DNA of 64,000 nucleotides from Bdellovibrionales bacterium (GTDB lineage Bacteria; Bdellovibrionota; Bdellovibrionia; Bdellovibrionales; JAUICD01): NCBI GenBank assembly GCA_965203275.1, contig OZ241865.1, positions 1,184,001 to 1,248,000 of the forward strand, read 5' to 3'. Shown piece by piece: positions 54,159 to 64,000 of this stretch (position 1 is its first letter; each line of letters starts with the position of its first letter). The notes under the pieces were generated by a model. It saw only the letters and a program-made list of their open reading frames with translations, ran no database searches and was not told where the DNA came from. The position numbers and the translations under genes were made by a program.

Positions 54159-57100
54159 TTAAATAGACAGGGTATCGTATTTTTTAAGTAGAATGTCATG
54201 GTAAAAATAAAGAAGAATATCTTGATAAGTCCATTCTTTTTCAACCTCTTCAGGTTTAATGGCATCTTCTGAAGGTATGTTATTGGATAGGGCAGTATTC
54301 CATCCATTTCTTGCCAATTCATACATAGCAATTTGTGAAAGACCACGACCATGCCCTCCAATAAATCTTCCAGAAGAAGTGTAATATCTACTACAAGTGA
54401 CATAGTCTGGTATATTTCTTTCTCCTAGAATATCATTATGACCATTACCTGAATTGGTTTTTTCTGGAACACAGGCATGATATTCTGTTGTGCCTAATCT
54501 GTTGTCTCTGTCAGCAATCACAAGACCGGCTGAAGTGGTCACAGCATTATCAGTTTTTTCGTGTTCTGTTGTACAGCCCTTATAACTTTGAAACCATGTT
54601 GTCGGGTCTAAATCCCATCCATAAGCACGTGATCTTCTATCTTCTAATATTTTTTGGAGAGAGTAAGTACGAGCTGCAATAGCTTGTGCAACTAAAGCAT
54701 CTCTATTGGCCATACTGATAATACTCTCACTTGGAACAACAGACAACAAATAGGCTTCTAGTGGTAGTTCATTGATTAAGCTCCATTCAAGGGGATGATT
54801 ATTCATAACAGCCCATTGAGCATGCTTGCTTCTACCATTACGCTCTGATGATGTTTGTTTTCTTCTTGTGACACCAATATGAAATATTCCTCTGTATTTC
54901 CCACGAACAGGCTTTTTATTTTTATATTCCAATGCGACTGTTCGACCGTTTGCATTTCTTATTCTTTTAAAGGTTACACCTGTCCAGTTGACTTCTGTAG
55001 CATAAACACAAGATTGACGTTGACCTGAAGGTGTAATCTTTATCTTATAAAGTTTGCCTGTGCTATTGTAGTCAATAAGATTGGCAAGAGGATATTCCTC
55101 CCAAGAATTACTATTTCTGACCCTGTAACGGACCTTATTCCCAGGACAACCTAAGTTTTCAGGGCAAGCAATGTCTATCATAAGCTCTTTCACACTTCTA
55201 GCTAAGACACTGGTTATATCATTAGGTGATTCTGGATTGTAAATTTCTAAAGTGGCTCCTTCTGTACGGAAAACCATTTGAACTTGTAAATCAATATCTC
55301 CATAAAGGTTTGAAGTGAAGGGATAAACAGGGTCTAACGGATAAGCAATGGGATAAAGTTTAATATCTACTTTTTGATAGGTTTGCAGATCATTTGTTTT
55401 AAGAGCATCTAAAGTTCTTCTTAAGAGAGCTTCTTGCACTATTAATGCATCTCTTTGATCCTCTAATTCTGCTCGAGTGCGAACAGGTTGAGTTGTTGAT
55501 TGTTCTTGTTGTTGTATCCTTTGCCTGGCTCTTCTACGATCTGCATTTTGATTTCTACTTGCTTGAGCATTTTCTTCGGCTGTTCTTAACTGTCTTTCAG
55601 CTACATTTTTTGCCTCTTGAGCTTCTTGAAGTCTTCTTGTTATTTCTTGGCGATCTCTTTGACTGGCTCTTTGACTATTTTGAACTATATCATTAGCTTT
55701 TTGAGCTTCTGCTAATGCTGTCTCTGCTTCTTGGAGCCTTTCTCTGGCTGTATACTCTGCTCTTGACTGTTCATCTCTAGCTGCACGTCTGTCTCTTTCA
55801 GCTGCGTCATTAGCCCTTTGAGCTGCATTTTTTGCATCTTCAGCCTCTCGAAGTCTTTGTGTTGCTTCACGGCGATCTCTTTGAGTGGCTCTTTGATTAC
55901 TTTGAGTTGCATCATTAGCTCTTTGAGCTTCTTCTAATGCTGTCTCTGTTGCTTGAAGTTTTTCTCTAGTTGCACGCCTTGCTCTTGCTAGCAAATTTCT
56001 GGCTACTTCTCTATCTCTTTCTGTTGCTTGTTCATCTCTTTCTGTTTGACCTGTGGCCTGATTACGTTCTCTTCTCTCTGCTCTATCATTACTTTCTATC
56101 CTTAATATCTGCTCTCGAAAAGTAGAATCAAAATCATATAAATTATGCTGATCTATGATCCCTCGATTGCTGTGTCTGCGTCTTTCTCTTTCTTCAAAGG
56201 AGAATCGACTCCACTGGCTAAAGGCATTGTTTAATTCTATTTTTTGCCGAGTTTCACTATCGTCACGTTCTAGACCCTTTATGATTTGTCTTAAATTCGA
56301 ATCTAATTGTGCCCAACTGTATTGCTCTCTTATATCTTGACCATTCGCCCTTTTGTTTTTTCTCTCTTCGTAAGAAAGCTGAACCCATTCTTCGAAGTTT
56401 TTATTCATTTCTATATCACGTCGTTGATTGCTATCATCTCTCTCTATTCTGTTGATTATGTCACGGAAAGAAGCAGATATTTCATCTAATTTATATTTAT
56501 CTACTATAGAATTCTGACTGGATCGTTTTTGTTCTCTTTCTTCAAAAGAAAGATCAGTCCACTCCTGAAGGTCGCTAGCAAGCTGTTGCTCATTTTCTTT
56601 TTGTAACCTGATCTGGTGAGCTAATTGTGCATATCTTTCTCTGTCTACACTTTCAGCTTGCCTCTGTCTAAGGATTTCTTGGTCTTTAATATATCTTTCT
56701 CTTGCAACTTCTGCTTGGAGTTCTATTCTTTCATTGATCTTGTTTTGTCTATGGTTATGTAAAAGGTTTGTATAATAATTTATCTGAGTGGGTAAAAATC
56801 CATTACCACCTTCTTCTTCATAGTAGTCTTCATCATCATAATATTCTTCTTCATCAATATTTTCTTCTTCCTCGTCACCTTCTCCAAACCATGAACCAAT
56901 AACATCCATAATTTGCTCCCCCCATGTGGGAGAAGTATTAGATGTGTCTCCAGAAGGATTTGTATTGCTATCTTCTTCTTGTCTTATTTCTGCTTCAACT
57001 TGTCTACGTTGCTCTTGAACTTGTTGTAATTCTGCTTCTACTTCTTGTCGGGTTTGTTGGGGATTTTGTAATCTTCCCTGATGGGTAGGGTCTAAGGCAC

Positions 57101-57206
57101 CATGTTGCATACTTCCATCAAAACCACCTGGACCACAAGCAATCACTAAAGTACAAATCACTATCATATTCAATGCATAAATAGAACTTTTAAAAGTCAT
57201 TTCCAT
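54159..57206 (-). CDS. lipoprotein with long coiled coil and C-terminal SpoIID/LytB domain
   Basis: Lipobox VIAC; LEAYLLSVVPSE, AQAIAARTY, GHGRGLSQ, YQDILLYFY. Confidence 0.85.
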   Translation of the reverse strand: MEMTFKSSIYALNMIVICTLVIACGPGGFDGSMQHGALDPTHQGRLQNPQQTRQEVEAELQQVQEQRRQVEAEIRQEEDSNTNPSGDTSNTSPTWGEQIMDVIGSWFGEGDEEEENIDEEEYYDDEDYYEEEGGNGFLPTQINYYTNLLHNHRQNKINERIELQAEVARERYIKDQEILRQRQAESVDRERYAQLAHQIRLQKENEQQLASDLQEWTDLSFEEREQKRSSQNSIVDKYKLDEISASFRDIINRIERDDSNQRRDIEMNKNFEEWVQLSYEERKNKRANGQDIREQYSWAQLDSNLRQIIKGLERDDSETRQKIELNNAFSQWSRFSFEERERRRHSNRGIIDQHNLYDFDSTFREQILRIESNDRAERRERNQATGQTERDEQATERDREVARNLLARARRATREKLQATETALEEAQRANDATQSNQRATQRDRREATQRLREAEDAKNAAQRANDAAERDRRAARDEQSRAEYTARERLQEAETALAEAQKANDIVQNSQRASQRDRQEITRRLQEAQEAKNVAERQLRTAEENAQASRNQNADRRRARQRIQQQEQSTTQPVRTRAELEDQRDALIVQEALLRRTLDALKTNDLQTYQKVDIKLYPIAYPLDPVYPFTSNLYGDIDLQVQMVFRTEGATLEIYNPESPNDITSVLARSVKELMIDIACPENLGCPGNKVRYRVRNSNSWEEYPLANLIDYNSTGKLYKIKITPSGQRQSCVYATEVNWTGVTFKRIRNANGRTVALEYKNKKPVRGKYRGIFHIGVTRRKQTSSERNGRSKHAQWAVMNNHPLEWSLINELPLEAYLLSVVPSESIISMANRDALVAQAIAARTYSLQKILEDRRSRAYGWDLDPTTWFQSYKGCTTEHEKTDNAVTTSAGLVIADRDNRLGTTEYHACVPEKTNSGNGHNDILGERNIPDYVTCSRYYTSSGRFIGGHGRGLSQIAMYELARNGWNTALSNNIPSEDAIKPEEVEKEWTYQDILLYFYHDILLKKYDTLSI

Positions 57207-57267
57207 TCTCCTTTTGCCTCTTTAACTAAATCCACTTTCAAATTTATTTCATCTCTAAAAGATAAAT

Positions 57268-57284
57268 TGCAAAATTTAGACCAA
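57268..57284 (-). promoter_or_regulatory. possible sigma-54 promoter
   Basis: TTGGTCTAAATTTTGCA (GG-N10-GC) ~60 nt upstream of the 57206 start. Confidence 0.5.
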
Positions 57285-57458
57285 AGGACATAATGACAAT
57301 TTTCTAAATAAATACAAATACTTCACAGGTATTCTCTCTTAAGGCACCTTGATTTGAAGTGATAAATAAAGTAAAAAAAGACATTTTTTGTCATTGAAAT
57401 GCCGAAAAAATAACATAGAGAGAGTATCACGCAACATATTATTATAAAAGGTCCTACC

Positions 57459-59000
57459 ATGCTAAAAAGGCTAAAAAAGCTATTAAAAAGAAGGTTCTTT
57501 CAAGGTATTATTTTAATTTTGCTTTTAGCAAGTTGTGCTTTATTTTATCTTTTGAGGCCAGTTACAGAAAAGGCCATCAGTATGTCTCAAATACTTTATG
57601 AACCTGAAAACCAAGAAGCAAATGCTATTCTTTTTTATGCTGAGGAGGATACTGTTTTTGTTAGGCTTTGTACTCAAAGAATCATAAACGCTATGGAAGA
57701 CTGTCCCAGCAATGATTTTGAAATCATTTTGTCTCTTGAAAGCTTTAAAGACAAACTAAAAGCAGGGTTAAAGATTTTAAGGTTTGCAGATGTTCAAGAA
57801 GAATTCCATAGAAAAATACATGCTTATGGAGAAAATCACAGAGATGTCCTTAACATTGGAAGAGATTATGATCGTCACCTTCAAGAAAAAGTAGATTTTG
57901 TAGAACAGTACGGTGATGAATCTGTTATGAACCGACGACAAAGAGAAAGATTTCATCTCTTAAAAGAGAGTCTGACTTCTTTAGAAAAAGAACTAACGGA
58001 TTGGTCTGAATATGATCTTATTGTAGATGAGATCAATCATTTGATAGAAAATTTAATTGATCAGCTTTTTATTCGATCCTTTAGAAAAGTAGCCCATCGA
58101 AATCATCAAGGTCAAGAAAGCTACATGTTTGACTTATTGAGAGGATTTCTTACACAAATAAAGCATGATGTTGTGTTTGATAGTGAATTTGTAACTATTC
58201 CAAGAGGGTCGTTTCAATATGTGAAAGGTGGGCGTATCACCACAATAACTGAAGATTTCCAAGTGATGGCTCATGAAGTAACGCAAAGACAATATGCTCA
58301 AGTGATGCAAAATAATCCTTCTTTTTTCTCTCAAGAGAGATATTGTCCAAATAGTTATACAGTTGAAAATAGTATCCCTATGTGTCCTCACAATCCTGTA
58401 GAAAATATATCTGTGCAGAACATTCGAGATTTTCTTTCAAAAGTAAATGCCAATAAACCACCTTGCAATGTAGAAAGTTTAATGAACGGCCCCCCTTGCT
58501 ATCGCCTATTAAAACCCAGTGAATGGGGTTTATCTGTAAGAAGGTTCCATCTAGCCAAAACGTATGATTATTTATTTCCACCTCAAAACATATTGGAACG
58601 TTCCATTAATCCAATACGTTTTACCCAACAACAAAAAGTATTAAATGAAATGGAATGGTGGAAAAGCAACTCAGAAGGACACACTCAACCCGTGACTTCT
58701 TTATCCAGAAATATGTTTCATCTCTATAATATGTTAGGCAATGTAGGAGAAGTGACCTTTTATAAGGCAAAAGAACGTAGAGAGAATATAGAGGATATTC
58801 AGATATTAGGTTGTCATTTTGATTGTAATTTTAATGAATTGGTATATTTACTTCATGATAAGGATAGATATAGGTCTTTGTTTTCAGGTCATTCTATAAA
58901 TAATATATTACCAAGTAAGTACGTAGGATTCCGCCTTGCAAAAGGAAGACTATTTAGTGCCAGGACCCATGAACCTCCCAAAGACCCCCTTGAATTATGA
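57459..59000 (+). CDS. membrane-anchored protein with C-terminal FGE-sulfatase (SUMF1) domain
   Basis: FVTIPRGSF, HEVTQ.QY, NPVENIS, LYNMLGNVGE, VGFRL. Confidence 0.82.
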   Translation: MLKRLKKLLKRRFFQGIILILLLASCALFYLLRPVTEKAISMSQILYEPENQEANAILFYAEEDTVFVRLCTQRIINAMEDCPSNDFEIILSLESFKDKLKAGLKILRFADVQEEFHRKIHAYGENHRDVLNIGRDYDRHLQEKVDFVEQYGDESVMNRRQRERFHLLKESLTSLEKELTDWSEYDLIVDEINHLIENLIDQLFIRSFRKVAHRNHQGQESYMFDLLRGFLTQIKHDVVFDSEFVTIPRGSFQYVKGGRITTITEDFQVMAHEVTQRQYAQVMQNNPSFFSQERYCPNSYTVENSIPMCPHNPVENISVQNIRDFLSKVNANKPPCNVESLMNGPPCYRLLKPSEWGLSVRRFHLAKTYDYLFPPQNILERSINPIRFTQQQKVLNEMEWWKSNSEGHTQPVTSLSRNMFHLYNMLGNVGEVTFYKAKERRENIEDIQILGCHFDCNFNELVYLLHDKDRYRSLFSGHSINNILPSKYVGFRLAKGRLFSARTHEPPKDPLEL

Positions 59001-59032
59001 TTGAAAATACTTGATGACCAGTTTGCCGGACT

Positions 59033-59107
59033 CCTGAGCTGAATAGTTGAAAATAGAGTTAAGAGGTTTGAGTAATTTATGTGTGTAATAAGATTTTGTG
59101 CCTCTAC
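59033..59107. mobile_element. degenerate IS1634-type end
   Basis: CCTGAGCTGAATAGTTGAAAA...AGATTTTGTGCCTCTA resembles 77-152. Confidence 0.5.
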
Positions 59108-59159
59108 AATGTGTGTCTTTGTGGAGGTTTTAGAAAATTTATTTAAATGAGATTGTATT

Positions 59160-60461
59160 ATGTATTTTTTATCTGTATTTTGTTTTTTATTGACACTGAC
59201 TTGTGCGAGTGCGACACAAGTTCATGCACAAAATAAAGCTATTGAAGAACCATCGCCAGCTCCAAGCCTGTCACCTTCTGTTTCTGTCAATAAAAAACAA
59301 GTTGCCATTAAAAAGAAGATAGACCGCCTACATAAATTGCTTGAAAAAGATACAGATCATCTTCAAGTACATTTTTTGATTGGCAAATATTATTATGCAC
59401 TGAAAGATTTAGATCAGGCCCTCTTCCATCTTCAAAAAACCAATGCCAATGCATCTATTTCTAAAAATCACACTGTGGAATCACTTCTATTACAAGCACA
59501 AATTCTTGCTCAAAAAGAAAACTATGAAGAACAAATACGCATTTTAGGTATTTTACTAACTCTTTTGCCCAACCATGTAAAAACTTATATGGACATAGGG
59601 CATGCTTACCAAAAGCTTGAGAAACCAAAAGAAGCTATTCAACATTATAGAATGGCTCTAGAAAAAAACAAAAAATACAAAAATGCTTATAAAGGGTTAT
59701 GGCAAATCCTTGAAGCTCAAAAGCATTTTGCTGATATGGCTATTATCCTGGAAGATTTTTTAAAGTTATTTCCAAAAGATCAAGAAGGCCATGCTAAACT
59801 TTGCCAGCTCAATATGAGGTTAGGTTTTTTAGATGAATCCATTGTAGCTTGTCGTCGAGCTATTGATATAGATGATCTCAATCCAAACAATCATGTTTAT
59901 TTAGGATTAGCACATAAGCGTAATGAAAAGAAAGATCAGTATAAAAAAATTATTCTTATGGCAGGTCGTCAATTTAAAAAGTCTCCTTTAGCACAATATG
60001 AAGCAGGACTCTTATCAGAAGAGAGTCATCTTTGGGAAGTTGCTTTAGGCTTTTATACCCATTGCCATCAAGCTAATGAAAAAGCTATAACTTGCTTGAA
60101 TAAAAAGGCTGATATGGAAGTGAAACTAGGTCAATATGAACAAGCAAGTCAGTCTCTTTTAACAGCTTGTCGTTTGAATAAATTTACAGCTTATCATAAA
60201 ATTAGAGATGTCATGGGGCAGGTGAGAGTTCAAAAGAAAATAAAATGGTATCATCATTTTAAAAAAATGACCCAACAATGTCATATTGTAGGAGGACATA
60301 TTTTAAAGGATCCATCAGAAGATCCAATTGTGGCTTTATCTGTAGAATACAAACCACCAGAAGAAGATCCTACGCAAAACACATCTTCTAAAAAGTCAAC
60401 ATCCTCTAAAAAGAAACCTATTGACAAAAAGAAAGCTTCATCTAATAATTCATCTAAGTAA
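59160..60461 (+). CDS. tetratricopeptide repeat protein, exported
   Basis: Signal peptide; multiple TPR patterns (IGHAY..L.KP.EAI..Y..AL). Confidence 0.85.
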   Translation: MYFLSVFCFLLTLTCASATQVHAQNKAIEEPSPAPSLSPSVSVNKKQVAIKKKIDRLHKLLEKDTDHLQVHFLIGKYYYALKDLDQALFHLQKTNANASISKNHTVESLLLQAQILAQKENYEEQIRILGILLTLLPNHVKTYMDIGHAYQKLEKPKEAIQHYRMALEKNKKYKNAYKGLWQILEAQKHFADMAIILEDFLKLFPKDQEGHAKLCQLNMRLGFLDESIVACRRAIDIDDLNPNNHVYLGLAHKRNEKKDQYKKIILMAGRQFKKSPLAQYEAGLLSEESHLWEVALGFYTHCHQANEKAITCLNKKADMEVKLGQYEQASQSLLTACRLNKFTAYHKIRDVMGQVRVQKKIKWYHHFKKMTQQCHIVGGHILKDPSEDPIVALSVEYKPPEEDPTQNTSSKKSTSSKKKPIDKKKASSNNSSK

Positions 60462-60520
60462 ATCTGAGTAAATCTGAGTAAATCTGAGTAAAAAGAACAA
60501 AGCAAAATGGGATATTTAAG

Positions 60521-61075
60521 ATGCAGCTCCTTCCTAAAAGTCCATGTCTTTTGGTGTATGAAACAAAACATATCTCGCAAGGATATTTATCCGTCAATAC
60601 CTTGTTAGAGAACTTTGATATTCATATTTTAGAAGCCAGCCCTATTGCCCCTGGACGACTGATGGTTCTAGCTAATCCTATAGCTGAAGATTTAAGAAAA
60701 GCTTTTACGATGATTCGAACGCAATATAGAAAGCATCTGGTGGATATAGCTATGATGGAACAAATGCAAAAAGAAACCCTTTTAGCTTTTTATGCTCTCA
60801 ATCAAACGCCACTTCAAGATATGTTATTAGTGATAGAAACGCCTTCTGTGGCATCTGCTTTAAATATTGTCAATGGTTTGAAAGTTCAAAATTTAATTGC
60901 TCCTATTGAAGTGAGGTCTTCCCGTAGTTTAGCAGGTAAGTCCTTAGTGTATGCTACTTTGACAAAATCTTGCCAATCAGAAGTCGAAACATTTTTAGCC
61001 CTGCAAAAACCCATACATGATTTTGATTTTGCATTGATTTCTTCTAATCATGCTTATTGGCGTACCTTCTTCTAA
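60521..61075 (+). CDS. divergent tandem BMC-domain (PduT-like) protein
   Basis: ILEASPIAPGRLMVL and LLVIET.SVASAL...IEVR....LAGKS motifs. Confidence 0.55.
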   Translation: MQLLPKSPCLLVYETKHISQGYLSVNTLLENFDIHILEASPIAPGRLMVLANPIAEDLRKAFTMIRTQYRKHLVDIAMMEQMQKETLLAFYALNQTPLQDMLLVIETPSVASALNIVNGLKVQNLIAPIEVRSSRSLAGKSLVYATLTKSCQSEVETFLALQKPIHDFDFALISSNHAYWRTFF

Positions 61076-61416
61076 TCTCACTCAAAATGCATCATGCCTC
61101 TGGTGTGTTTTTGGGCAATCAGCCCGACGGCTACCGCCGTCGATCAAAGGCTGATTGCCTCAAAAATCCGCTCATTTTGAGTAGGGAGGATCTCCTCGTT
61201 TTTTAACACCATGTTAAGGAAAAAGTTCCTTCATCACCAATGGCAACCTAGAAAGCTTGACCACTTTTAGTAGGGAGGATACCCTCATTTCTTAACACGA
61301 TGTTAAGGAAACAAGATGTTTACTTCACGTTGGTAAAATGGTCATCGCCTAGAAAGCTTGACCACTTTTAGTAGAAAGGATCCTTTCCTCTTTTAACATG
61401 ATGTTAAGGAAACAAG
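61076..61416 (-). repeat. hairpin repeat cluster (3 boxes)
   Basis: Reverse units starting immediately after the upstream stop codon. Confidence 0.9.
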
Positions 61417-61957
61417 GTATTTGTTTTTATGGATTTCTTTGAAAAGGTAAGGAATTTAGGTTTGGAAATTAGAATTTCAGTGATTTCAATAAGTTAATAT
61501 TGTGACTTTTGTATAAAAGTTACAGTATTAAGTGTTTGTAATTGTTAGACTTTTTTAGGTCGACTTTAGAAATTTCTAATTTTTCGTCTAACACAATTCT
61601 TATCGTTTATTATGACATAAAACTTTATATTTTTGTTAAAAAAAATCAAAAAAAGTTACATTTTGTATCAAAAAGAATCACTTTTTTTAATTTTTGTATC
61701 ATCTTGAAACACTTTACTAATCTTAAAGACATAAGATCAGTGAAATAAGTAGCGATTTTTAATTCGTGTTTGATAACTTTTGATTTGTTTGACTTTTCAA
61801 AACAATTTTCTTGCAAAAAACTGTCTGTTTTTTACTCTTTCAAATTGTGACTTTTATACAAAAGTTACAGTGCTAAGTCCTTGAAATCACTAAGGGCATT
61901 TTTTTGTACTCTCTAAAAGTATAGAGACAGATCAATGAGGTTAGGTGGTTTCAGTTG

Positions 61958-63222
61958 CTTTCACTAAAAGTGGTCTAGCCTCTGTTTCACTCAAAGTGAA
62001 CTGGCCTCTGGCCACTTTTGGACAATGACCGCAACGGCTTTCGCCGTTGACAAAATGGTCATTGTCTCAAAAGCCTGTTCACTTTGAGTAGGGAGGATCC
62101 CTTCGTCCCTTAACTCCATGTTAAGGAAAATGTCCTTCTAATGGCAGTTAGCCCGATGGCTATCGCCATCGATCAAAGGCTAACTGCCTCAAAAGCTTGT
62201 TCAATTTTAGGAAGGAGGACCTCCTCGTCTCTTGACCACATGTTAAGGAAACAAGATTTCCTTCTGATGTTTGCTCTGACAGCTTACGCTGTCTAAAAAG
62301 AGCAATGCCGCAAAAAACTGCTCATTTTGAGTAGGGAGGATCTCCTCATTTTTTAACATAATGTTAGGGAAACAAGATGTTTAGCCTGACGGCTACCGCC
62401 GTCGGTAAAATGGTCATCGCCTAGAAAGCTTGACCACTTTTAGTAGGGAGGATACCCTCATTTCTTAACACAATGTTAAGGAAACAAAATGCCTTTTCTG
62501 CCTGATGCCCTCAAAAGTCCGTTTATTTTTAGTAGGAAGAATCCTCTTGTCTCTTTACCACATGTTAAGGAAACAAGATGTTTATTTCACGTCGATAAAA
62601 TGGTCATCGCCTCATTTGATTTTCACTAAAAGCAAACCAGCCTCTGGCTGCTTTTGGACATTGCTCTGACAGCTATCGCTGTCTAAAAAGAGCAATGTCT
62701 CAAAAGTCCGTTTACTTTTAGTAAGGAAGGATCTCTTCGTCTTTTAACATGATGTTAAGGAAAAAATTCCTTCATCACCGATGGCAACCTAGTGTTGTTA
62801 CATGGCAAGCTTCAGAGAAGCTTGCTGTCTGACCACTTTTAGTAGGAAGGATTCTTTCCTCTTTTAACACCATGTTAAGGAAAATATCCTTCTAATAACA
62901 GTTAGTCCGACGGCTCACGCCGTCGATAAAATGGTCATCGCCTCAAAAGTCCGTTTACTTTTAGTAGGAAGGATCTCTTCGTCTCTTGACCACATGTTAA
63001 GGAAAAAGTTCCTTCTTGCACCTTGGGTGTTGCCTGCAAAGGCTTTCGCCTTTGACAAAATAGGCAACATCTAAAAAACTGCTCATTTTGAGTAGGGAGG
63101 ATCCTTTCCTCTTTTGACACGATGTTAAGGAAAAAGTTCCTTTTTACACCTTTTTCCTGCAACGGCTTTCGCCATTGGCAAAATGGTCATTGCCTCAAAA
63201 ATCTATGCATTTTGAGTGAAAA
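61958..63222 (-). repeat. largest hairpin repeat cluster (9 boxes)
   Basis: Head-to-tail reverse units with differing inner hairpins. Confidence 0.92.
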
Positions 63223-63236
63223 AAATGCAATAATGT

Positions 63237-63467
63237 TTAGCCTAAGTTATTTAGTTTTTTCTGTATTTCTCGTATTTTGTTCTCTGTGGACTCTGTGATT
63301 TTTGCAATAGTCGAAATATCCATATTATTTTTAAGCATTTTTAAAATGATACTTTGTTCCTTTTCTTGCAGGCCTTCCTGTCGCCCTTCCTGTCGCCCTT
63401 CTTGTCGCCCTTCTTGCAGGCCTTTTTGTCGGGCATGATTTTGAATAATCTCACTAAATTTTAACAT
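63237..63467 (-). CDS. putative internally initiated small C-terminal protein (RpnS-like, 76 aa)
   Basis: In-frame ATG at 63467 preceded by AAAGGAAAGGAG with 5-nt spacing. Confidence 0.65.
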   Translation of the reverse strand: MLKFSEIIQNHARQKGLQEGRQEGRQEGRQEGLQEKEQSIILKMLKNNMDISTIAKITESTENKIREIQKKLNNLG

Positions 63468-64000
63468 AACATCTCCTTTCCTTTGTTTTATTTCTTCCCC
63501 TACTTCTTCCATTGTTTTGATTAAAAGCTTCTCTGCCATGTTTCCATCGTATGTGCAGAAATACCTTACCAAATCATCTGTCATCTCTATTATATCTAAT
63601 TTATCACCACTTTCATAGTCCTTTTCATCAATTATATCATCTTTTTGTAGTCTACCCACCTCCTTTTCTACAATTAAAATATTTTCTCTTAGAAAACTCT
63701 TTTTTTCTGCTTCTGTCTTCAGCTTTTTCAACCTCCAAATATTTTGAAATGCATGAAATATGGGATTAATAATGGATGGTTTAGCCTGATGGACATCAAA
63801 GTTAAATAAATTTGACAAAATATAATGAAAATCAACAATATAAGGCTTTAAAATATCATAATGCTCCAATGGCATACTTCCCTTCTCTAACAAATGCTTG
63901 TGAAAAGATGTAGCTACATTCCATTTTTGAGTTCCATGATATAAAAGTACTGAAATCACTAAACATGGCTCACCTTGATAATGGTTATAAAGAAAAGATT
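63237..64000 (-). CDS. Rpn/YhgA-like (PD-(D/E)XK transposase_31) protein, 5' end beyond window
   Basis: Frame open to window edge; VISVLLYHG..KW motif; GRQEGRQEG repeats; C-terminal MLKNNMDISTIAKIT. Confidence 0.85.
   Translation of the reverse strand, partial: SFLYNHYQGEPCLVISVLLYHGTQKWNVATSFHKHLLEKGSMPLEHYDILKPYIVDFHYILSNLFNFDVHQAKPSIINPIFHAFQNIWRLKKLKTEAEKKSFLRENILIVEKEVGRLQKDDIIDEKDYESGDKLDIIEMTDDLVRYFCTYDGNMAEKLLIKTMEEVGEEIKQRKGDVMLKFSEIIQNHARQKGLQEGRQEGRQEGRQEGLQEKEQSIILKMLKNNMDISTIAKITESTENKIREIQKKLNNLG

Noticed and set aside
60458..60492. 10-bp tandem repeat AGTAAATCTG x3
   Set aside because: Short slippage duplication with no further support for function

Overview
AT-rich bacterial chromosome segment. 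Gene content suggests a Bdellovibrionota-like, probably host-associated lineage (inference only). Housekeeping genes (mgtE, greA, fabF-acpP, uvrD/pcrA, ftsW, murG, nadE, rplM-rpsI, groES-groEL, etfA, DEAD-box helicase, pepP, a dppC-like permease) lie in broken-up operons. Between them are many secreted ankyrin proteins, decayed IS1634 and restriction-modification relics, and defence/TA-like genes (ImmA/IrrE+DUF4411, Fic, ATPase+nuclease pair, Rpn). Two things stand out. (1) Roughly 7 kb (about 11%, by eye) is a modular ~145-nt repeat family of about 40 full or partial units. Its sequence varies while several helices are preserved by compensatory changes. It has a defined GAAAC right end, abuts or truncates genes, and is physically linked to a four-helix-bundle gene and a truncated second copy of it. 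(2) An 829-aa protein has a signal peptide shared with the ankyrin proteins, a Clp-N-like domain and eight near-identical winged-HTH-like repeats that vary strongly in the predicted recognition helix. It is flanked by 316-bp direct repeats of that family and is a candidate exported, modular DNA-binding effector. All calls are by-eye motif recognition; no searches were run.
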